64,000 nucleotides of DNA from Malacoraja senta (lineage: Eukaryota). The stretch covers positions 186,001 through 250,000 of the forward strand of contig JAXLNO010000529.1 of assembly GCA_038087875.1 (NCBI GenBank). The letters are read 5' to 3'. The position numbers were made by a program, and so were the translations under genes. The notes under the pieces were generated by a model. That model was not told the origin of the DNA, searched no databases, and was given only the letters and a program-made list of their open reading frames with translations. Positions 24,801 through 39,800 of the stretch are shown here, in pieces (the first letter of the stretch is position 1; every line of letters starts with the position of its first letter).

Positions 24801-27800
24801 ACAGTCCCCACAGTCCCACACAGTCCCACAGTCCCCACAGTCCCCACAGTCCCACAGTCCCCACAGTCCCCACACAGTCCCACAGTCCCCACACAGTCCC
24901 ACAGTCCCACAGTCCCCACACAGTCCCACAGTCCCCACAGTCCCCACAGTCCCCACAGTCCCCACACAGTTCCACAGTCCCCCCACAGTCCCCACGCATC
25001 CCACAGTCCCCACACAGCCCCACAGTCCCCACACAGTCCCACAGTCCCACACAGTCCCACAGCCCCACAGTCCACACAGTCCCCCACAGTCCCACAGTCC
25101 CCACACAGTCCCACACAGTCCCATACAGTCCCACACAGTCCCACAGTCCCCACAGTCCCCACAGTCCCACACAGTCCCACACAGTCCCACAGTCCCCACA
25201 GTCCCCACACAGTCCCACACAGTCCCCACAGTCCCACACAGTCCCACAGTCCCCACAGTCCCCACACAGTCCCAAACAGCCCCACAGTCCCCACAGTCCC
25301 CACAGTCCCACACAGTCCCACACAATCCCACAGTCCCCACACAGTCCCACACAGTCCCCACACAGTCCCACAGTCCCACACAATCCCACAGTCCACACAG
25401 TCCCACACAGTCCCCACAGTCCCCCACAGTCCCACACAGTCCCCACAGTCCCACACAGTCCCCACAGTCCCACACAGTCCCCACAGTCCCACACAGTCCC
25501 CACAGACCCACACAGTCCCCACAGTCCCACACAGTCCCACACAGTCCCACACAGTCCCACAAAGTCCCCACAGTCCCACACAGTCCCCACAGTCCCCACA
25601 CAGTCCCCACAGTCCCACACAGTCCCACACAGTCCCCACAGTCCCCACAGTCCCACACAGTCCCCACTGTCCCACACAGTCCCCACAGCCCCCACAGTCC
25701 CACACAGTCCCCACAGTCCCCACACAGTCCCAGACTGTCCCCACAGTCCCACACAGTCCCACAGTCCCACACAGTCCCCCACAGTCCCACACAGTCCCAC
25801 ACAGTCCCCAGAGTCCAACACATTCCTACACATTCCCCACAGTCCCACACAGTCCCCACAGTCCCACACAGTCCCCACAGTCCCCACAGTCCCCCACAGT
25901 CCCACACAGTCCCCACAGTCCCCCACAGTCCCACACAGTCCCCACAGTCCCACACAGTCTCCACACAGTCCCACGCAGTCCCCATACAGTCCCCACAGTC
26001 CCACACAGTCCCCACAGTCCCCACACAGTCCCCACACAGTCCCACACAGTCCCACAGTCCCCACAGTCCCCACACAGTCCCCACACAGTCCCCACAGTCC
26101 CCACAGTCCCCACACAGTCTCCACAGTCCCACACACAGTCCCCACACAGTCCCACAGTCCCACACACAGTCCCCACAGTCCCACACAGTCCCACAGTCCC
26201 CACAGTCCCCACAGTCCCACAGTCCCCACAGTCCCCACACAGTCCCACAGTCCCCACACAGTCCCACAGTCCCACAGTCCCCACACAGTCCCACAGTCCC
26301 CACAGTCCCCACAGTCCCCACAGTCCCCACACAGTCCCACAGTCCCCCCACAGTCCCCACGCATCCCACAGTCCCCACACAGCCCCACAGTCCCCACACA
26401 GTCCCACAGTCCCACACAGTCCCACAGCCCCACAGTCCACACAGTCCCCCACAGTCCCACAGTCCCCACACAGTCCCACACAGTCCCATACAGTCCCACA
26501 CAGTCCCACAGTCCCCACAGTCCCCACAGTCCCACACAGTCCCACACAGTCCCACAGTCCCCACAGTCCCCACACAGTCCCACACAGTCCCCACAGTCCC
26601 ACACAGTCCCACAGTCCCCACAGTCCCCACACAGTCCCAAACAGCCCCACAGTCCCCACAGTCCCCACAGTCCCACACAGTCCCACACAATCCCACAGTC
26701 CCCACACAGTCCCACACAGTCCCCACACAGTCCCACAGTCCCACACAATCCCACAGTCCACACAGTCCCCACACAGTCCCACAGTCCCCACACAGTCCCA
26801 CAGTCCCCACACAGTCCCCCACAGTCCCCACACAGTCCCACAGTCCCCACAGTCCACACAGTCCCCACACAGCCCCACAGTCCCCACACAGTCCCACAGT
26901 CCCCACACAGTCCCCACATTCCCCACAGTCCCCACACAGCCCCCACAGTCCCCACAGTCCCCACACAGTCCCACAGTCCCCACACAGTCCCACACAGTCC
27001 CCACAGCCCCCACAGCCCCCACAGTTCCCACAGTCCCACAGTCCCCCACAGTCCCACAGTCCCCACACAGTCCCACACAGTCCCCACAGTCCCACAGTCC
27101 ACCACAGTCCACACATTCCCCCACAGTCGCACATTCCCCCACAGTCCCACTTTCCCCCACAGTCCCCACAGTCCCCACAGTCCCCCACAGTCCCACATTC
27201 CCCCACAGTCCCCACAGTCCCCACAGTCCCCCACACAGTCCCCACAGTCCCCCACATTCCCACACAGTCCCCACAGTCCCACACAGTCCCCACAGTCCCA
27301 CACAGTCCCCACAGTCCCCCACAGTCCCACACAGTCCCACACAGTCCCCACAGTCCAACACAGTCCCACACATTCCCCACAGTCCCACACAGTCCCCACA
27401 GTCCCACACAGTCCCCACAGTCCCCACAGTCCCCCACAGTCCCACACAGTCCCCACAGTCCCCCACAGTCCCACACAGTCCCCACATGCCCACACAGTCC
27501 CCACACAGTCCCACGCAGTCCCCATACAGTCCCCACAGTCCCACACAGTCCCCACAGTCCCCACACAGTCACCACACAGTCCCACACAGTCCCACACAGT
27601 CCCACACAGTCCCACAGTCCCCACAGTCCCCACACAGTCCCCACACAGTCCCCACAGTCCCCACAGTCCCCACACAGTCTCCACAGTCCCACACACAGTC
27701 CCCACACAGTCCCACAGTCCCACACACAGTCCCCACAGTCCCACACAGTCCCACAGTCCCCACAGTCCCCACAGTCCCACAGTCCCCACAGTCCCCACAC

Positions 27801-30800
27801 AGTCCCACAGTCCCCACACAGTCCCACAGTCCCACAGTCCCCACACAGTCCCACAGTCCCCACAGTCCCCTCAGTCCCCACAGTCCCCACACAGTCCCAC
27901 AGTCCCCCCACAGTCCCCACGCAGTCCCACAGTCCCCACACAGCCCCACAGTCCCCACACAGTCCCACAGTCCCACACAGTCCCACAGCCCCACAGTCCA
28001 CACAGTCCCCCACAGTCCCACAGTCCCACAGTTCCCACAGTCTCCACAGTCCCACACAGTCCCACACAGTCCCACAGTCCCCACAGTCCCCACACAGTCC
28101 CACACAGTCCCCACAGTCCCACACAGTCCCACAGTCCCCACAGTCCCCACACAGTCCCAAACAGACCCACAGTCCCCACAGTCCCCACAGTCCCACACAG
28201 TCGCACACAGTCCCCACAGTCCCCACACAGTCCCACACAGTCCCCACACAGCCCCACAGTCCCACACAGTCCCACAGTCCACACAGTCCCCACACAGTCC
28301 CACAGTCCCCACACAGTCCCCCACAGGCCCCACACAGTCCCACAGTCCCCACAGTCCCACACAGTCCCCACAGTCCCCACACAGTCCCACACAGTCCCAC
28401 ACAGTCGCACAGTCCCCACAGTCCACACACAGTCCCACACAGTCCACACATTCCCACACAGTCCCACAGTCCCCACAGTCCCCACACAGTCCTAAACAGA
28501 CCCACAGTCCCCACAGTCCCCAGAGTCCCACACAGTCCCACACAGTCCCCACAGTCCCCACAGTCCCCCACAGTCCCACACAGTCCCACACAGTCCCCAC
28601 AGTCCAACACAGTCCCACACATTCCCCACAGTCCCACACAGTCCCCACAGTCCCACACAGTCCCCACAGTCCCCACAGCCCCCCACAGTTCCACACAGTC
28701 CCCACAGTCCCCCACCGTCCCACACAGTCCCCACAGTCCCACACAGTCCCCATACAGTCCCACGCAGTCCCCATACAGTCCCCACAGTCCCACACAGTCC
28801 CCACAGTCCCCACACAGTCACCACACAGTCCCACACAGTCCCACACAGTCCCCACAGTCCCACACAGTCCCACAGTCCCACACATTCCCCCACAGTCCCA
28901 CACAGTCCCACACAGTCCCCACAGTCCAACACAGTCCCACACATTCCCCACAGTCCCACACAGTCCCCACAGTCCCACACAGTCCCCACAGTCCCCACAG
29001 TCCCCCACAGTCCCACACAGTCCCCACAGTCCCCCACAGTCCCACACAGTCCCCACAGTCCCACACAGTCCCCACACAGTCCCACGCAGTCCCCATACAG
29101 TCCCCACAGTCCCACACAGTCCCCACAGTCCCCACACAGTCCCCACACAGTCCCACACAGTCCCACACAGTCCCACAGTCCCCACAGTCCCCACACAGTC
29201 CCCACACAGTCCCCACAGTCCCCACAGTCCCCACACAGTATCCACAGTCCCACACACAGTCCCCACACAGTCCCACAGTCCCACACACAGTCCCCACAGT
29301 CCCACACAATCCCACAGTCCCCACAGTCCCCACAGTCCCACAGTCCCCACAGTCCCCACACAGTCCCAGAGTCCCCACACAGTCCCACAGTCCCACAGTC
29401 CCCACACAGTCCCACAGTCCCCACAGTCCCCACAGTCCCCACAGTCCCCACACAGTCCCACAGTCCCCCCACAGTCCCCACGCAGTCCCACAGTCCCCAC
29501 ACAGCCCCACAGTCCCCACACAGTCCCACAGTCCCACACAGTCCCACAGCCCCACAGTCCACACAATCCCCCACAGTCCCACAGTCCCCACACAGTCCCA
29601 CACAGTCCCACACAGTCCCACACAGTCCCACAGTCCCGACAGTCCCCACAGTCCCACACAGTCCCACACAGTCCCACAGTCCCCACAGTCCCCACACAGT
29701 CCCACACAGTCCCCACAGTCCCACACAGTCCCACAGTCCCCACAGTCCCCACACAGTCCCAAACAGCCCCACAGTCCCCACAGTCCCCACAGTCCCACAC
29801 AGTCCCACACAGTCCCCACAGTCCCCACACAGTCCACACAGTCCCCACACAGTCCCACAGTCCCCACACAGTCCCCCACAGTCCCCACACAGTCCCACAG
29901 TCCCCACAGTCCCACACAGTCCCCACAGTCCCCACACAGTCCCACACAGTCCCCACACAGTCCCACAGTCCCACACAGTCCCACAGTCCACACAGTCCCC
30001 ACACAGTCCCACAGTCCCCACACAGTCCCCCACAGTCCCCACACAGTCCCACAGTCCCCACAGTCCCCACACAGTCCCCCAGTCCCCACACAGTCCCCAC
30101 ATTCACCACAGTCCCCACACAGCCCCCACAGTCCCCACAGTCCCCACACAGTCCCACAGTCCCCACACAGTCCCACGCAGTCCCCACAGCCCCCACAACC
30201 CCCACAGTCCCCACAGTCCCACAGTCCCCGACAGTCCCACAGTCCCACAGTCCCCACACAGTCCCACACAGTCCCCACAGTCCCACAGTCCCCCACAGTT
30301 CCCACATTCCCCCACAGTCGCACAGTCCCCCACAGTCCCACATTCCCCCACAGTCCCCACAGTCCCCACAGTCCCCCACAGTCCCACATTCACCCACAGT
30401 CCCCACAGTCCCCACAGTCCCCCACACAGTGCCCACAGTCCCCACAGTCCCCCCAGTCCCACAGTCCCCACACAGTCCCCACACTGTCCCCACACAGTCC
30501 CCACAGTCCCCACAGTCCCCCCAGTCCCACAGTTCCCACACAGTCCCCACACAGTCCCCACACAGTCCCCACAGTCCCCACAGTCCCCCCAGTCCCACAG
30601 TCCCCACACAGTCCCCACACAGTCCCCACAGTCCCACATTCCCCCACAGTCGCACAGTCCCCCACAGTCCCACAGTCCCCCACAGTCCCCACAGCCCCCA
30701 CAGTCCCCACATTCCCCCACAGTCCCCACAGTGCCCACAGTCCCTACAACCCCACAGTCCCCACAGGCCCCCACAGTCCCCATACAGTGCCCACAGTCCG

Positions 30801-33800
30801 CACAGTGCCCACAGTCCCCACACAGTCCCCACAGTCCCCACAGTCCCACACAGTCCCACAGTCCCACACAGTCCCACACAGTCCCCACAGTCCCCACACA
30901 GTCCCACACAGTCCCCACAGTCCCACACAGTCCCACAGTCCCACACAGTCCCACACAGTCCCACACAGTCCCCACAGTCCCCACACAGTCCCACACAGTC
31001 CCCACAGTCCCACACAGTCCCCACAGTCCCACACAGTCCCACACAGTCCCACACAGTCCCCACAGTCCCCACAGTCCCACACAGTCCCACAGTCCCCACA
31101 GTCCCCACAGTCCCACAGTCCCCACAGTCCCCACACAGTCCCAGAGTCCCCACACAGTCCCACAGTCCCACAGTCCCCACACAGTCCCACAGTCCCCACA
31201 GTCCCCACAGTCCCCACAGTCCCCACACAGTCCCACAGCCCCCCCACAGTCCCCACGCAGTCCCACAGTCCCCACACAGCCCCACAGTCCCCACACAGTC
31301 CCACAGTCCCACACAGTCCCACAGCCCCACAGTCCACACAGTCCCCCACAGTCCCACAGTCCCCACACAGTCCCACACAGTCCCACACAGTCCCACACAG
31401 TCCCACAGTCCCGACAGTCCCCACAGTCCCACACAGTCCCACACAGTCCCACAGTCCCCACAGTCCCCACACAGTCCCACACAGTCCCCACAGTCCCACA
31501 CAGTCCCACAGTCCCCACAGTCCCCACACAGTCCCAAACAGCCCCACAGTCCCCACAGTCCCCACAGTCCCACACAGTCCCACACAGTCCCCACAGTCCC
31601 CACACAGTCCACACAGTCCCCACACAGTCCCACAGTCCCCACACAGTCCTCCACAGTCCCCACACAGTCCCACAGTCCCCACACAGTCCCCACAGTCCCC
31701 ACACAGTCCCACACAGTCCCCACACAGTCCCACAGTCCCACACAGTCCCACAGTCCACACAGTCCCCACACAGTCCCACAGTCCCCACACAGTCCCCCAC
31801 AGCCCCCACACAGTCCCACAGTCCCCACAGTCCCCACACAGTCCCACAGTCCCCACACAGTCCCCACATTCCCCACAGTCCCCACACAGCCCCCACAGTC
31901 CCCACAGTCCCCACACAGTCCCACAGTCCCCACACAGTCCCACGGTCCCCACAGTCCCACACAGTCCCCACAGTCCCCACACAGTCCCACACAGTCCCCA
32001 CACAGTCCCACAGTCCCACACAGTCCCACAGTCCACACAGTCCCCACACAGTCCCGCAGTCCCCACACAGTCCCCCACAGTCCCCACACAGTCCCACAGT
32101 CCCCACAGTCCCCACACAGTCCCACAGTCCCCACACAGTCCCCCACAGTCCCCGACAGTCCCATAGTCCCACAGTCCCCACACAGTCCCACACAGTCCCC
32201 ACAGTCCCACAGTCCCCCACAGTCCCCACATTCCCCCACAGTCGCACAGTCCCCCACAGTCCCACATTCCCCCACAGTCCCCACAGTCCCCACAGTCCCC
32301 CACAGTCCCACATTCCCCCACAGTCCCCACAGTCCCCCACACAGTCCCCACAGTCCCCACAGTCCCCCCAGTCCCTCAGTCCCCACACAGTCCCCACACA
32401 GTCCCCACACAGTCCCCACAGTCCCCACAGTCCACCCAGTCCCACAGTCCCCACACAGTCCCCACACAGTCCCCACACAGTCCCCACAGTCCCCACAGTC
32501 CCCCCAGTCCCACAGTCCCCACACAGTCCCCACACAGTCCCCACAGTCCCACATTCCCCCACAGTCGCACAGTCCCCCACAGTCCCACGGTCCCCCACAG
32601 TCCCCACAGCCCCCACAGTCCCCACATTCCCCCACAGTCCCCACAGTGCCCACAGTCCCTACAACCCCACAGTCCCCACAGGCCCCCACAGTCCCCTACA
32701 GTGCCCACAGTCCGCACAGTGCCCACAGTCCGCACACATTCCCCACAGTCCCCACAGTCCCACACAGTCCCACAGTCCCACACAGTCCCACACAGTCCCC
32801 ACAGTCCCCACACAGTCCCACACAGTCCCCACAGTCCCACACAGTCCCACAGTCCCACACAGTCCCACACAGTCCCACACAGTCCCCACAGTCCCCACAC
32901 AGTCCCACACAGTCCCCACAGCCCCACACAGTCCCCACAGTCCCACACAGTCCCACACAGTCCCACACAGTCCCCACAGTCCCCACAGTCCCACACAGTC
33001 CCCCACAGTCCCACACAGTCCCCACAGTCCCCCACAGTCCCACACAGTCCCAACAGTCCCACACAGTCCCCACAGTCCCACCGTCCCCACAGTCCCCACA
33101 GTCCCACACACTCCCCAGAGTCCCACACAGTCCCACAGTCCCCACACAGTCTCCACACAGTCCCCACACAGTCCCCACAGTCCCCACAGTCCCACAGTCC
33201 CCACACAGTCCCCACACAGTCCCCACACAGTCCCCACAGTCCCCACAGTCCCCCCAGTCCCACGGTCCCCACACAGTCCCCACACAGTCCCCACAGTCCC
33301 ACATGCCCCCACAGTCGCACAGTCCCCCACAGTCCCCACAGTCCCCCACAGTCGCACAGTCCCCCACAGTCCCACATTCCCCCACAGTCCCCACAGTCCC
33401 CACAGTCCCCCACAGTCCCACATTCCCCCACAGTCCCCACAGTCCCCACAGTCCCCCACACAGTCCCCACAGTCCCCACAGTCCCCCCAGTCCCACAGTC
33501 CCCACACAGTCCCCACACAGTCCCCACACAGTCCCACACAGTCCCCACAGTCCCCACACAGTCCCACACAGTCCCCACAGTCCCACACAGTCCCACAGTC
33601 CCACACAGTCCCACACAGTCCCACACAGTCCCCACAGTCCCCACACAGTCCCACACAGTCCCCACAGCCCCACACAGTCCCCACAGTCCCACATAGTCCC
33701 ACACAGTCCCACACAGTCCCCACAGTCCCCACAGTCCCACACAGTCCCCCACAGTCCCACACAGTCCCCACAGTCCCCCACAGTCCCCCACAGTCCCACA

Positions 33801-36800
33801 CAGTCCCAACAGTCCCACACAGTCCCCACAGTCCCACCGTCCCCACAGTCCCCACAGTCCCACACACTCCCCAGAGTCCCACACAGTCCCACAGTCCCCA
33901 CACAGTCCCCACACAGTCCCCACACAGTCCCCATAGTCCCCACAGTCCCACAGTCCCCACACAGTCCCCACACAGTCCCCACACAGTCCCCACAGTCCCC
34001 ACAGTCCCCCCAGTCCCACAGTCCCCACACAGTCCCCCACACAGTCCCCACAGTCCCACATTCCCCCACAGTCGCACAGTCCCCCACAGTCCCCACAGTC
34101 CCCCACAGTCGCACAGTCCCCCACAGTCCCACATTCCCCCACAGTCCCCACAGTCCCCACAGTCCCCCACAGTCCCACATTCCCCCACAGTCCCCACAGT
34201 CCCCACAGTCCCCCACACAGTCCCCACAGTCCCCACAGTCCCCCCAGTCCCACAGTCCCCACACAGTCCCCACACAGTCCCCACACAGTCCCCACAGTCC
34301 CCACAGTCCCCCCAGTCCCACAGTCCCCACACAGTCCCCACACAGTCCACACACAGTCCCCACAGTCCCCACAGTCCCCCCAGTCCCACAGTCCCCACAC
34401 AGTCCCCACACAGTCCCCACAGTCCCACATTCCCCCACAGTCGCACAGTCCCCCACAGTCCCACAGTCCCCACACAGTCCCCACACAGTCCCCACACAGT
34501 CCCCACAGTCCCCACAGTCCCCCCAGTCCCACAGTCCCCCACACAGTCCCCACACAGTCCCCACAGTTCCACATTCCCCCACAGTCGCACAGTCCCCCAC
34601 AGTCCCACATTCCCCCACAGTCCCACACAGTCCCCACAGTCCCACACAGTCCCCACAGTCCCACCTTCCCCACAGTCCCCACAGTCCCACACAGTCCCCA
34701 GAGTCCCACAGTCCCACAGTCCCCACAGTCCCCCACAGTCCCACACAGTCCCCACAGTCCCACAGTCCCCACAGTCCCAAACAGTCCCACACAGTACCCC
34801 ACAGTCCCCCACAGTCCCCACAGAGTCCCCACAGTCCCACACAGTCCCACAGTCCCACACAGTCCCCACAGTCCCACACAGTCCCACAGTCCCACACAGT
34901 CCCCACAGTCCCACACAGTCCCACACCGTCCCCACACATTCCCCACAGTCCCCACACAGTCCCACAGTCCCCACACAGTCCCACGCAGTCCCCACAGTCC
35001 CCACACAGTCCCCACACAGTCCCCACACAGTCCCACACAGTCCCACACAGTCCCACACAGTCCCACAGTCCCACACAGTCCCCCACAGTCCCCACAGTCC
35101 CCACACAGTCCCACACAGTCCCACACAGTCCCCCACAGTCCCACACAGTCCCACACAGTCCCCACAGTCCCCAGAGTCCCACACAGTCCCACATAGTCCC
35201 CACAGTCCCCACACAGTCCCACACAGTCCCCACACAGTCCCACAGTCCCACACAGTCCCACAGTCCACACAGTCCCCACACAGTTCCACAGACCCCACAC
35301 AGTCCCCCACAGTCCCCACACAGTCCCACAGTCCGCACAGTCCCACACAGTCCCCACAGTCCCCACACAGTCCCACACAGTCCCCAGACAGTCCCACAGT
35401 CCCACACAGTCCCACAGTCCACACAGTCCCCACACAGTCCCACAGTCCCCACACAGTCCCCCACAGTCCCCACACAGTCCCACAGTCCCCACAGTCCCCA
35501 CACAGTCCAACAGTCCCCACACAGTCCCCACATTCCCCACAGTCCCCACACAGCCCCCACAGTCCCCACAGTCCCCACACAGTCCCACAGTCCCCACACA
35601 GTCCCACACATTCCCCACAGCCCCCACAGCCCCCACAGTCCCCACAGTCCCACAGTCCCCGACAGTCCCACAGTCCCACAGTCCCCACACAGTCCCACAC
35701 AGTCCCCACAGTCCCACAGTCCCCCACAGTCCCCACATTCCCCCACAGTCGCACAGTCCCCACAGTCCCCCATAGTCCCACATTCCCCCACAGTCCCCAG
35801 TCCCCACAGTCCCCCACACAGTCCCCACAGTCCCCACAGTTCCCCCAGTCCCACAGTCCCCACACAGTCCCCACACAGTCCCCACACAGTCCCCACAGTC
35901 CCCACAGTACCCCCAGTCCCACAGTCCCCACACAGTCCCCACACCACAGTCCCCACACAGTCCCCACAGTCCCCACAGTCCCCCCAGTCCCACTGTCCCC
36001 ACACAGTCCCCACACAGTCCCCACAGTCCCACATTCCCCCACAGTCGCACAGTCCCCCACAGTCCCACAGTCCCCCACAGTCCCCACAGCCCCCACAGTC
36101 CCCACATTCCCCCACAGTCCCCACAGTGCCCACAGACCCTACAACCCCACAGTCCCCACAGGCCCCCACAGTCCCCCACAGTGCCCACAGTCCCCACAGT
36201 GTCCACAGTCCCCACACATCCCACAGTCCCACACAGTCCCACACAGACCCCACAGTCCCCACACAGTCCCACACAGTCCCCACAGTCCCACACAGTCCCA
36301 CACAGTCCCACACAGTCCCACACAGTCCCCACAGTCCCCACACAGTCCCACACAGTCCCCACAGTCCCACAGTCCCCCACAGTCCCCACATTCCCCCACA
36401 GTCGCACAGTCCCCACAGTCCCCCATAGTCCCACATTCCCCCACAGTCCCCAGTCCCCACAGTCCCCCACACAGTCCCCACACAGTCCCCACAGTCCCCA
36501 CAGTACCCCCAGTCCCACAGTCCCCACACAGTCCCCACACCACAGTCCCCACACAGTCCCCACAGTCCCCACAGTCCCCCCAGTCCCACAGTCCCCACAC
36601 AGTCCCCACACAGTCCCCACAGTCCCACATTCCCCCACAGTCGCACAGTCCCCCACAGTCCCACAGTCCCCCACAGTCCCCACAGCCCCCACAGTCCCCA
36701 CATTCCCCCACAGTCCCCACAGTGCCCACAGACCCTACAACCCCACAGTCCCCACAGGCCCCCACAGTCCCCCACAGTGCCCACAGTCCCCACAGTGTCC

Positions 36801-39800
36801 ACAGTCCCCACACAGTCCCCACAGTCCCCACAGTCCCACACAGTCCCACAGTCCCACACAGTCCCACACAGACCCCACAGTCCCCACACAGTCCCACACA
36901 GTCCCCACAGTCCCACACAGTCCCACACAGTCCCACACAGTCCCACACAGTCCCCACAGTCCCCACACAGTCCCACACAGTCCCCACAGTCCCACACAGT
37001 CCCGACAGTCCCACACAGTCCCACACAGTCCCACACAGTCCACACAGTCCCCACAGTCCCACACAGTCCCCCACAGTCCCCACAGTCCCACACAGTCCCC
37101 CACAGTCCCACACAGTCCCCACAGTCCCCCACAGACCCACACAGTCCCCACAGTCCCACACAGTCCCCACAGTCCCACCGTCCCCACAGTCCCCACAGTC
37201 CCACACAGTCCCCAAAGTCCCACACAGTCCCACAGTCCCCACAGTCCCACACAGTCCCCCACAGTCCCACACAGTCGCACAGTCCCCCACAGTCCCACAG
37301 TCCCCCACAGTCCCCACAGCCCCCACAGTCCCCACATTCCCCCACAGTCCCCACAGTGCCCACAGACCCCACAGTCCCACACAGTCCCACAGTCCCACAC
37401 AGTCCCACACAGTCCCACACAGTCCCCACAGTCCCCACACAGTCCCACACAGTCCCCACAGTCCCACACAGTCCCGACAGTCCCACACAGTCCCACACAG
37501 TCCCACACAGTCCACACAGTCCCCACAGTCCCACACAGTCCCCCACAGTCCCACACAGTCCCCACAGTCCCCCACAGACCCACACAGTCCCCACAGTCCC
37601 ACACAGTCCCCACAGTCCCACCATCCCCACAGTCCCCACAGTCCCACACAGTCCCCAGAGTCCCACACAGTCCCACAGTCCCCACAGTCCCCCACAGTCC
37701 CACACAGTCCCCACAGTCCCACAGTCCCCACAGTCCCAAACAGTCCCACACAGTCTCCCACAGTCCCACACAGTCCCCACAGAGTCCCCACAGTCCCACA
37801 CAGTCCCACAGTCCCACAGAGTCCCCACAGTCCCACACAGTCCCACAGTCCCACACAGTCCCCACTATCCCACACAGTCCCACACAGTCCCCACACATTC
37901 CCCACAGTCCCCACACAGTCCCACAGTCCCCACAGAGTCTCACGCAGTCCCCACAGTCCCCACACAGTCCCCACACAGTCCCCACACAGTCCCACACAGT
38001 CCCACACAGTCCCACACAGTCCCACAGTCCCACACAGTCCCCCACAGTCCCCACAGTCCCCACACAGTCCCACACAGTCCCACACAGTCCCCCACAGTCC
38101 CACACAGTCCCACACAGTCCCCACAGTCCCCACACAGTCCCCACAGTCCCACACAGTCCCACACAGTCCCCACAGTCCCCACAGTCCCACACAGTCCCAC
38201 ACAGTCCCCACAGTCCCCCACAGTCCCACACAGTTCCCACAGTCCCACACAGTCCCCACAGTCCCACACAGTCCCCACAGTCCCCCACAGTCCCACACAG
38301 TCCCACACAGTCCCCACAGTCCCACACAGTCCCCACAGTCCCACACAGTCCCACACAGTCCCACACAGTCCCACACAGTCCCCACAGTCCCTCACAGTCC
38401 CACACAGTCCCCACAGTCCCCACACAGTCCCCACAGTCCCACACAGTCCCACAGTCCCACACAGTCCCCCACAGTCCCACACAGTCCCACACAGTCCCCA
38501 CAGTCCAACACAGTCCCGCACAGTCCCCACAGTCCCACACAGTCCCCACAGTCCCACACAGTCCCCACAGTCCCCCACAGTCCCACACAGTCCCACACAG
38601 TCCCCACAGTCCCACACAGTCCCCACAGTCCCACACAGTCCCACACAGTCCCACACAGTCCCACACAGTCCCCACAGTCCCACACAGTCCCCACAATCCC
38701 CACACAGTCCCCACAGTCCCACACAGTCCCACACAGTCCCCACAGTCCCACACAGTCCCTCACAGTCACACACAGTCCCCACAGTCCCCACACAGTCCCC
38801 ACAGTCCCACACAGTCCCACAGTCCCACACAGTCCCCCACAGTCCCACACAGTCCCACACAGTCCCCACAGTCCAACACAGTCCCACACATTCCCCACAG
38901 TCCCACACAGTCCCCACAGTCCCACACAGTCCACACAGTCCCCACAGTTCCCCACAGTCCCACACAGTCCCCACAGTCCCACACTGTCCCCACAGTCCCA
39001 CACAGTCCCCACACAGTCCCACGCAGTCCCCATACAGTCCCACACAGTCCCCACATTCCCGCACAGTCCCCACAGTGCCCACAGTCCCTACAACCCCACA
39101 GTCCCCACAGGCCCCCACAGTCCCCCACAGTGCCCACAGTCCCCACAGTGCCCACAGTCCCCACAGAGTCCCCACAGACCCCACAGTCCCACACAGTCCC
39201 ACAGTCCCACACAGTCCCACACAGTCCCCACAGTCCCCACACAGTCCCACACAGTCCCCACAGTCCCACACAGTCCCACAGTCCCACACAGTCCCACACA
39301 GTCCCACACAGTCCCCACAGTCCCCACACGGTCCCACACAGTCCCCATAGTCCCACACAGTCCCCACAGTCGCACACAGTCCCGCACAGTCCCACACAGT
39401 CCCCACAGTCCCCACAGTCCCACACAGTCCCCCACAGTCCCACACAGTCCCCACAGTCCCCCACAGTCCCACACAGTCCCCACAGTCCCACACAGTCCCC
39501 ACAGTCCCACCGTCCCCACAGTCCCCACAGTCCCACACAGTCCCCAGAGTCCCACACAGTCCCACAGTCCCCACAGTCCCCCACAGTCCCACACAGTCCC
39601 CACAGTCCCACAGTCCCCACAGTCCCAAACAGTCCCACACAGTCCCCCACAGTCCCACACGGTCCCCACAGAGTCCCCACAGTCCCACACAGTCCCACAG
39701 TCCCACACAGTCCCCACAGTCCCACACAGTCCCACAGTCCCACACAGTCCCCACAGTCCCACACAGTCCCACACAGTCCCCACACATTCCCCACAGTCCC

